This document shows, one piece after another, positions 47,026 to 52,961 of a DNA stretch of 52,961 bases. The notes beneath the pieces are model-generated. The model did no database searches, had not been told where the DNA came from, and saw only the letters and a program-made list of their open reading frames with translations. Every line of letters starts with the position of its first letter. Positions within the stretch are counted from its first letter, which is position 1. Both the position numbers and the translations under genes were made by a program. The stretch lies in assembly GCA_038203255.1 (NCBI GenBank), contig JBBREE010000003.1:1-52961 (forward strand), given 5' to 3'. This DNA comes from Candidatus Moraniibacteriota bacterium. Lineage in GTDB: Bacteria > Patescibacteriota > Minisyncoccia > Moranbacterales > UBA2206.

Positions 47026-47664
47026 ATGAGCAAAAAAAGAACGATTGTTATTATTGCAGTCATAGTCATGGTTGTTATAACTATAGGTATTTTTGTGTTG
47101 CAAAAAAGATCAAAAATTACCGTTAATCAAAATAAAGCGCGACAATTAATTAAATTGGGCGATGAAAATGCGGACTGGCAGTTATTTAGTGATGATAGTA
47201 TTGGAATTAGTGTAAAAATTCCAATGAACTGGGAGAGAAAAATATCAAGCAGTAGTGATAAGAGTATTATTGGGGGATTTATTGCTGATAGAAAAGGAGC
47301 TCTCCCGATTAGTGATGAATATACTCCACATGGTGTTGCTGGTGGAGATTATAGTTTTACTGTTATGGCCCGTGATAACAAATCTGATGAGGCTAAAAAT
47401 TTTGAAAACTACCTAAATAATCCAGATAAATATTTGTCTAAAGTTTCCTTTGGCAACAAGGTTATTCTTCAAGATGGGACCGTAGCACTTAGGAATGTCA
47501 TAGAGGGTCCTGGAAAAACTTTTAATGAACAAAGAGGCAATAATATAACCTATGCTTTTGAAAAGAATAATAAATATTATGAAGTTTATATTGTGTATGA
47601 TGGAAATGGAATGTCTAGTGGGATGGGAGAAGAAATTCTTTCAACTTTGAAATTCACAAAGTAA
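47026..47664 (+). CDS. Membrane-anchored PsbP-like protein
   Basis: N-terminal TM; DWQLFSDDSIGISVKIPMNW; C-terminal EEILSTLKF. Confidence 0.7.
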   Translation: MSKKRTIVIIAVIVMVVITIGIFVLQKRSKITVNQNKARQLIKLGDENADWQLFSDDSIGISVKIPMNWERKISSSSDKSIIGGFIADRKGALPISDEYTPHGVAGGDYSFTVMARDNKSDEAKNFENYLNNPDKYLSKVSFGNKVILQDGTVALRNVIEGPGKTFNEQRGNNITYAFEKNNKYYEVYIVYDGNGMSSGMGEEILSTLKFTK

Positions 47665-47766
47665 TTTAGATTCAAGATTGAATGTCTATTTCTATTTTTT
47701 CAAACAGGATGATCTGAAAGAAATCAGTATTTGCAAATAAAACCAAAGAATCAATAGGAGGTCAAA

Positions 47767-48045
47767 ATGAAGTTTCTCAAGATTGGTATTCTAGCGATTT
47801 TTCTCAGTCTTTCAGCTTTGGCAAGTTTTGCCTTAGCCGGAGGATGTGGAAGTCTAATTTACATCGACGATGGCAGTGGAGGTAGTAGTTCCGGAAGCAG
47901 TTCCGACACTTGGAAAAACGAACCTGCCTATGTCCCAATCACAGACAGCACAAGTAGTTCCGGCGGCAAACCGGATTTTATTGTGAAAGAAATATGCATC
48001 AAGCACAAAAATTTGACCTTTATTCAAGCCTATGATATTATATGA
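47767..48045 (+). pseudogene. Secreted CARDB-family gene truncated at the start of the constant domain
   Basis: SD, signal peptide; homology to 49536..50000 ends at KPDFIV (47985); the rest reads through the next cassette promoter. Confidence 0.7.
47887..47985 (+). repeat. 99-bp linker/constant repeat (partner 49659-49757)
   Basis: Encodes SSGSSSDTWKNEPAYVP-x5-SSSGGKPDFIV; nearly identical except a ~15-bp patch. Confidence 0.92.
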
Positions 48046-48058
48046 TAGGCTAGAATAA
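48012..48058 (+). promoter_or_regulatory. Cassette-head promoter/palindrome, copy b
   Basis: TTGACC, 17 bp, TGaTATTAT; arms TTATTCAAGCCTAT / ATAGGCTAGAATAA. Confidence 0.75.
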
Positions 48059-48068
48059 GAGCTAATTA

Positions 48069-48665
48069 ATGTTAAGAAATATGAACAAGAAAAAAATTAT
48101 TATTATTTCAGTTGTTGTTTTGGCTGTACTCGCTATCGGAGCGGGATTTTTGGGGTGGAAGAAAAGTGAGATTAAGAAGCAGGAAGCGGTTAGAATGCAA
48201 CAAGAACAGGTAAAGAAACAACAGGATGAATTAGGAAAGCAGATGGTAGAAGTTGATACGAGTGATTGGAAGACGTATAGGAATTATGAGCATGGGTTTA
48301 AGATAAGATATCCGAAAAATATTGCTGTTACTGATTTTACTACAGAGAGTATCGTTTTTAAGGACAAAGAAATCGGTCATTGGGCATATGGATTGGATAT
48401 TGTTCCGAATAAAAATAATATAACTCTAGATGATATTGATGACATAAAAAAAGAATTTAAGATTCAGGGTGATGTAAACATTGACGATATTGTGATTGAT
48501 GGTGTTTCAGCTAAAAAATTTCTATTTAAAGACTATAATGACTATGGTAATTCTAATATATTTTTGATATATAAAAATTTTATTATACGTATCGCGGGAG
48601 ATGAGGCGCATGGAAATGATAAGGAATATTATGCTTTCGTGAATAGTTTAAAATTCGACAAATAG
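48069..48665 (+). CDS. Membrane-anchored PsbP-like protein
   Basis: N-terminal TM, coiled-coil, VDTSDWKTYRNYEHGFKIRYP, IDGVSA, C-terminal FVNSLKF; start may be 48081. Confidence 0.75.
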   Translation: MLRNMNKKKIIIISVVVLAVLAIGAGFLGWKKSEIKKQEAVRMQQEQVKKQQDELGKQMVEVDTSDWKTYRNYEHGFKIRYPKNIAVTDFTTESIVFKDKEIGHWAYGLDIVPNKNNITLDDIDDIKKEFKIQGDVNIDDIVIDGVSAKKFLFKDYNDYGNSNIFLIYKNFIIRIAGDEAHGNDKEYYAFVNSLKFDK

Positions 48666-48686
48666 AATTTAATATATAGTAATATT

Positions 48687-48736
48687 GGCTCTTTAACAAT
48701 AAAATATAAAAGGAGGTGATAAGTATGTCAGAATAG
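48687..48736 (+). promoter_or_regulatory. boxA-like motif, perfect SD and 3-codon mini-ORF
   Basis: GGCTCTTTAACAAT (48687-48700); AGGAGGTGAT (48711-48720); ATG TCA GAA TAG (48725-48736). Confidence 0.6.
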
Positions 48737-48804
48737 AAAGTACGCAGTTAATTGGCTAGTGTGTGGATGTAAGTAATCTTAAATTTTTCTGAGGAGGACA
48801 TAAA

Positions 48805-49509
48805 ATGACTTGCTTTAAGCGATTAATGGGTATAATGTCAATTGTTATACTTATACTTGTTTCATTCTCCAATCTTGCAGTATCTGCGCAGACATTCACA
48901 TGCACTAAAGGAGTATTTCGTGATAGCATAGGAAAAAACAAAGGAGATGTTGATGGTCAGTGTGTTATGTATGTTAGATATGAAACAGGCATATTATCTA
49001 GCGGATGTAATGGTGAGGCTTGGAGATGTTATCAGGAGGCTATTACTGCTGGATATACCGTAGGGCAAAAACCAAGAAAATCAGCAATTGTTGTTTTCAA
49101 TAAGGTAGGTACTGGCGCTCTCTCTGTTGGGCACGTCGGTATTGTTAAATCGGTTGATGGTAATAAAATACTTATTAGGGATTCCAATTGGGTTGCTCCT
49201 TACACTGTCGGAGAACATCAGGAGGATATTACCGAGCGTGATATTTTAGGCTATATCTACTGCGACGGGAAATCAGAAGAAAGTCAAACTGAAAAAATCC
49301 CTTTCCGTCTCTTGTTCAACTTGGCCTGGTACCCAGCAGATAAGACGTGCGTCAATGCAGAGAAGTGGATCCTGTCAGGTTCGAATGGACCGGAAACTTT
49401 CACTTCAAACGGCGTATGCTACTCTCAGTTCAGCAGTTTGGATTATGCATGGTGGTGGGATATTGTTTTCGGCTCAGGAGATCTTACCGAAATTAACGTT
49501 TGTAAGTAG
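48805..49509 (+). CDS. Secreted CHAP-domain (Cys/His amidase) protein with additional C-terminal domain
   Basis: Signal peptide; GQCVMYVR, GYTVGQKP..AIVVF, GHVGIV, DSNW. Confidence 0.85.
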   Translation: MTCFKRLMGIMSIVILILVSFSNLAVSAQTFTCTKGVFRDSIGKNKGDVDGQCVMYVRYETGILSSGCNGEAWRCYQEAITAGYTVGQKPRKSAIVVFNKVGTGALSVGHVGIVKSVDGNKILIRDSNWVAPYTVGEHQEDITERDILGYIYCDGKSEESQTEKIPFRLLFNLAWYPADKTCVNAEKWILSGSNGPETFTSNGVCYSQFSSLDYAWWWDIVFGSGDLTEINVCK

Positions 49510-49535
49510 GATAAACTATCAAGCAGGAGGTTAAT

Positions 49536-50000
49536 ATGGGATTAGCAAGGATAGGAATTCTCGCAGCTTTTCTAGTTTTTGTTTCTATGCAAGAACTCTC
49601 TCACGCAGGAGATTGCGGAAGCATAATCTATATGGATGTCGGCAGTAATGGAAATAGCAGTTCCGGAAGCAGTTCTGACACTTGGAAAAACGAACCTGCC
49701 TATGTCCCTCCATCCGATGGGTCAAGTAGTTCCGGCGGCAAACCGGATTTTATTGTGCCCGAACTCTACGTCAAGAATCATAAAGCGGTTTTTCGTCCCG
49801 GTGAAGATATGAAAATAATGGTCCGGGTCAAAAATATCGGTAATGCGACGCCCAATCATGACGTAAAGATAAAATATTGGCGGTCGGACGGATATCAAAT
49901 TGATCCTAAAGATGATCGCAAAAAAATCGATACGGACAACATTAAAAGTAGCAATCTTGACCCTGGGGGAGTTTTTATTTTTCTCATAAATTGGCTATAA
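49536..50000 (+). pseudogene. Secreted CARDB-family gene truncated at the island boundary
   Basis: SD, signal peptide, KPDFIV..VKNIG..IKYWRS..NLDPGG then unrelated VFIFLINWL* ending at the 47-bp repeat. Confidence 0.65.
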
Positions 50001-50046
50001 TAAAAATACCTATGTCCGTACCTACGCGCGTAGGTACGAGTGTAAT
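50000..50046. repeat. 47-bp direct repeat, right copy, with perfect 22-bp palindrome
   Basis: CGTACCTACGCGCGTAGGTACG; immediately after TATAAT (49996-50001). Confidence 0.95.
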
Positions 50047-50106
50047 GATTAATCAAAACAAATTGGAACTCTTTACATCACTTTATTATAAAGCTATTAT
50101 TTAAAT

Positions 50107-51036
50107 ATGAAAAAAAATACTATCATTCTTCTTGTAGGAATATTTTTAGTTGGGCTGGTTTTTGCCTTGGCGTATAAAAATAAAGGGCAAAAAAATACTT
50201 CTCCCACTGATGGAAAATTATCAGTGGTGGCCAGTTTTTATCCGCTCTATTTTTTCGCCTCGAGTATTGGAGGGGATAAGGTGGTGGTGACCAATATTAC
50301 TCCATCAGGCGCGGAACCGCACGACTTCGAACCGACGGCGCAAGACGTGGCCAAAATGGAAAACAGCCAACTTATCATTTTAAACGGCGGGGGATTGGAG
50401 ACGTGGCAAGCTAATATTGAGAAAAATATTGATAGCCAAAAAACTAAAATTGTCATAGCGGGAGAAGGTCTAATTAATCTTCAAATGTCGGAAGATGGTA
50501 AGGGCACGAGTGATCCGCATATTTGGCTTTCGCCAATTCTAGCCAAGCAAATGGCGGACAGAATTTTAGCAGGATTTGTTTTGATTGATCCGCAAAACGA
50601 AAATTATTATCAGTCTAACGCGGACGCGCTGAAAAATAAATTGGATGATTTGGACGCGCAGTACAAGGCGGGCTTGAAAAATTGCGCTAAAAAGGATATC
50701 ATTACTTCTCACAGTGCTTTTGGCTATCTGGCGGAGGCCTATGGTTTGAATCAACTTTCCATTGCCGGACTTTCTCCGGACGCTGAGCCATCACCTTCGC
50801 AATTAGCTGAGACGGCTAAATTTGCCAAAGAGAATGATATTAAGTATATTTTTTTTGAAAGCCTGGCCAGTCCGAAACTTTCTAGTACTCTGGCCAACGA
50901 AATTGGGGCCAAGACATTAGTTCTTAATCCGCTAGAAGGTTTAACTAGAGAAGAAGAGACGCAAGGAGAGAATTATCTGACGGTTATGCAAAATAATTTA
51001 ACTAATTTAGAAACGGCCCTTGAATGCGTAAACTAG
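50107..51036 (+). CDS. znuA: Zn/Mn ABC transporter substrate-binding protein
   Basis: ASFYP, EPHDFEP, DPHIWLSP, HSAFGYL. Confidence 0.92.
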   Translation: MKKNTIILLVGIFLVGLVFALAYKNKGQKNTSPTDGKLSVVASFYPLYFFASSIGGDKVVVTNITPSGAEPHDFEPTAQDVAKMENSQLIILNGGGLETWQANIEKNIDSQKTKIVIAGEGLINLQMSEDGKGTSDPHIWLSPILAKQMADRILAGFVLIDPQNENYYQSNADALKNKLDDLDAQYKAGLKNCAKKDIITSHSAFGYLAEAYGLNQLSIAGLSPDAEPSPSQLAETAKFAKENDIKYIFFESLASPKLSSTLANEIGAKTLVLNPLEGLTREEETQGENYLTVMQNNLTNLETALECVN

Positions 51037-51130
51037 ACCCCGTTAAATAATGAATAAAAAAATAATGGGCGATAGAAGAAAATATTAAAAAATGTATGCT
51101 TGAGGAAAAAAAAGGAAAATTTAACAGGGT
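51037..51130. mobile_element. MITE-like element with 12-bp terminal inverted repeats at the znuA/znuC junction
   Basis: ACCCCGTTAAAT ... ATTTAACAGGGT. Confidence 0.7.
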
Positions 51131-51893
51131 AAACCACCACAAAAACATCATTGAAGTAGAAAACATTTCTTTCAGCTATCCCGGAGGGGAGAATGTTTTA
51201 GAGGACATCACTTTAGCGATTCATCAAGGTGACTACATTGGATTTGTTGGCCCTAATGGAGCTGGGAAAACCACTTTGCTCAAGGTGATGTTAAACTTAC
51301 TCACTCCGCAAAGTGGGAAAGTAAAACTTTTTGGAGTGGAGACGCGAGATTTTCGCGATTGGCGTCGTATTGGATATGTTCCGCAAAAAGCAGTGAACTT
51401 CGAAGCTAATTTCCCAGCTAATGTCTATGAGGTGGTTTTGATGGGGCGTTATTCCGCTAAAAAAATACTGCAAAGAACTTCCAAGGAAGACAAAGAAGCG
51501 GTCAAAGAAGCCTTGCAAAAAGTTGAAATGTGGGAATTTAAAGATACTCTAATTGGGGAGCTATCCGGCGGACAGCAACAAAGAGTTTTCATTGCTCGAG
51601 CTTTGGTTAATAATCCTGAAGTTTTGTTTTTAGATGAACCGACTACCGGAGTGGATAAGAAGACGCAAGATTATTTTTATACGCTCTTGCAAAAAATCAA
51701 CCGTGAACTGGGCATTACCCTTATTTTAGTTTCGCATGATATTGAAAGATTGACCCAAGAAGTGATGCACATTGCTTGCGTAGACAAAACTCTGACGTGC
51801 CATCTTTCGCCGGAAGAATATCTGTCCGAAAGTCAGTCGCTTCATTTGCACGGAAAAGACGTTAGGGTTATAACTCATCATCATCATAACTAA
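51096..51893 (+). CDS. znuC: Metal ABC transporter ATP-binding protein
   Basis: GPNGAGKTT, IGYVPQ, LSGGQQQR, DEPT, His-rich C-terminus. Confidence 0.93.
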   Translation: MLEEKKGKFNRVNHHKNIIEVENISFSYPGGENVLEDITLAIHQGDYIGFVGPNGAGKTTLLKVMLNLLTPQSGKVKLFGVETRDFRDWRRIGYVPQKAVNFEANFPANVYEVVLMGRYSAKKILQRTSKEDKEAVKEALQKVEMWEFKDTLIGELSGGQQQRVFIARALVNNPEVLFLDEPTTGVDKKTQDYFYTLLQKINRELGITLILVSHDIERLTQEVMHIACVDKTLTCHLSPEEYLSESQSLHLHGKDVRVITHHHHN

Positions 51894-52700
51894 ATGATTA
51901 CTCAAATTTTCCAATATGGTTTTATGGTGCGCGGACTCGAAGCGGGGATTATCGTGGCGATTGTTGCTCCAATCATCGGCATCTTTTTGGTCCTCAGGCG
52001 TTATTCTCTGATTGCTGACACGCTCGCTCACGTCTCTTTGGCCGGGATAGCCATCGGACTCCTACTGGGCGTCAATCCAGTTTTGACTGCCCTAGGTACA
52101 GCCGTAGTAGCTTCCTTGGGCATTGAACGCCTCAGAAATTCTAAAAAAGTCTATGGAGAATCGGCCTTGGCCCTTTTTCTTTCCGGTTCATTGGCCTTGG
52201 CGGTGGTGATTTTGAGTTTGGCGCATGGATTTAACGCTAATCTATTTAGTTATCTTTTTGGCAGTATTATTACTGTGACGTCTGGAGATGTGTGGGTAAT
52301 TTTAATTTTAGCTGTTATTGTTATTTCAACGCTCAGCGTTTTTTATAAACCCCTGCTTTATGTAACGTTTGATGAAGAAGCGGCCAAGGTGAGTGGCGTG
52401 CCGGTGCGTCTAGTGAACACAGTGCTCATCCTTTTGGCGGCTATGACAGTTGCCTTGGCCATCCCGATTGTTGGGGTGCTTCTTATTTCGGCGCTCATCG
52501 TTATTCCGGTTCTAAGCGCAATGCAACTTAAAAAAAGTTTTTTAGCAACTATAATCTATGCAGAAATTTTTTCCCTGGTTTCTGTTATTTCCGGAATTAT
52601 ATTTTCTTTCTATCTTAATCTTTCTACCGGAGGGACGATTGTCTTAATTATGCTTACGATCTTTTCAGGTATCTTTTTTGTAAAATCATTGGAGGGATGA
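51894..52700 (+). CDS. znuB: Metal ABC transporter permease
   Basis: DTLAHVSLAG, YLFGSI, FDEEAAKVSG, VGVLLISAL. Confidence 0.93.
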   Translation: MITQIFQYGFMVRGLEAGIIVAIVAPIIGIFLVLRRYSLIADTLAHVSLAGIAIGLLLGVNPVLTALGTAVVASLGIERLRNSKKVYGESALALFLSGSLALAVVILSLAHGFNANLFSYLFGSIITVTSGDVWVILILAVIVISTLSVFYKPLLYVTFDEEAAKVSGVPVRLVNTVLILLAAMTVALAIPIVGVLLISALIVIPVLSAMQLKKSFLATIIYAEIFSLVSVISGIIFSFYLNLSTGGTIVLIMLTIFSGIFFVKSLEG

Positions 52701-52816
52701 AGATTGTGAGTGGATATCTAATTGGGCAGAAAATCTTTTTTGTGGTATGATTATTTATATGAAAAAAGAATACTCTTGATTGTTTTTATATAAATCATTT
52801 TAAATAGGGGACAAAA

Positions 52817-52961
52817 ATGAAAAATAAAAAATCACTCGACACGGCCTATTTTTCTATGGAGGTCGCGTTCAAAAGCGAAGTGCCAAATTATGCCGGTGGT
52901 CTGGGAGTTTTAGCGGCAGACATATTATACTCCTCAGCTGACTTAGGTCTTTCGATGGCCG
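52817..52961 (+). CDS. glgP: Alpha-glucan phosphorylase, 5' end (partial)
   Basis: Manual translation MKNKKSLDTAYFSMEVAFKSEVPNYAGGLGVLAADILYSSADLG; AYFSME and YxGGLGVLA motifs. Confidence 0.9.
   Translation, partial: MKNKKSLDTAYFSMEVAFKSEVPNYAGGLGVLAADILYSSADLGLSMA

Larger units (their letters stand above)
46891..50046 (+). mobile_element. Accessory island 2 (two cassettes) bounded by 47-bp direct repeats
   Basis: Flanking direct repeats; internal repeated promoter and constant region; no integrase in window. Confidence 0.7.

Noticed and set aside
47927-47935. CCTATGTCC shared by the linker repeat and the 47-bp boundary repeat
   Set aside because: Only 9 bp and explained by Ala-Tyr-Val-Pro codons; may be chance.
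46958-48058. Classical integron with attC sites
   Set aside because: No IntI integrase; the palindromes lack RYYYAAC/GTTRRRY cores and carry their own promoters.
1-52961. tRNA, rRNA, prophage, transposase genes and alternative genetic code
   Set aside because: None recognised by eye; TGA ends full-length genes (e.g. 13831-13833, 52698-52700), consistent with code 11. A tRNAscan/Infernal run would be needed to exclude small RNAs formally.

Overview
AT-rich bacterial chromosome segment, almost all on the + strand, standard code (TGA used as stop). Gene content and the near-absence of Shine-Dalgarno motifs before core genes suggest a Patescibacteria/CPR (Parcubacteria-like) genome; this is inference. 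The core backbone is khpA-trmD, ftsW-murG-murC-murB, hpf-secA, a 7TM sensor kinase with two receivers, isopentenyl-phosphate kinase, a non-discriminating AspRS, scpAB, a D,D-carboxypeptidase, mraY, pgk-eno-gpmI-pfkB-acetate-CoA ligase, recJ, rnhA, a MacAB-like exporter, rpsP-rplJ-rplL, znuACB and the start of glgP. The most striking feature is two accessory islands about 24 kb apart (17.6-22.8 kb and 46.9-50.0 kb) with the same cassette layout. Each cassette has a promoter, a membrane-anchored PsbP-like gene, then an SD-led secreted Cys-rich gene whose variable N-terminus joins a near-identical Ser-rich linker/CARDB-like constant region. Three of the four constant regions are cut off at the next cassette or island boundary. 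One cassette also carries a CHAP amidase gene, two secreted genes are preceded by boxA-like motifs, and island 2 is bracketed by a 47-bp direct repeat containing a palindrome. This looks like a recombination-driven, N-terminal-swapping surface-effector system, the mirror image of polymorphic-toxin orphan arrays. The window also has small palindromic MITE-like insertions that interrupt genes, 12-/9-/7-bp-period microrepeats at gene ends and inside enzymes, and an L10-leader-like attenuator.
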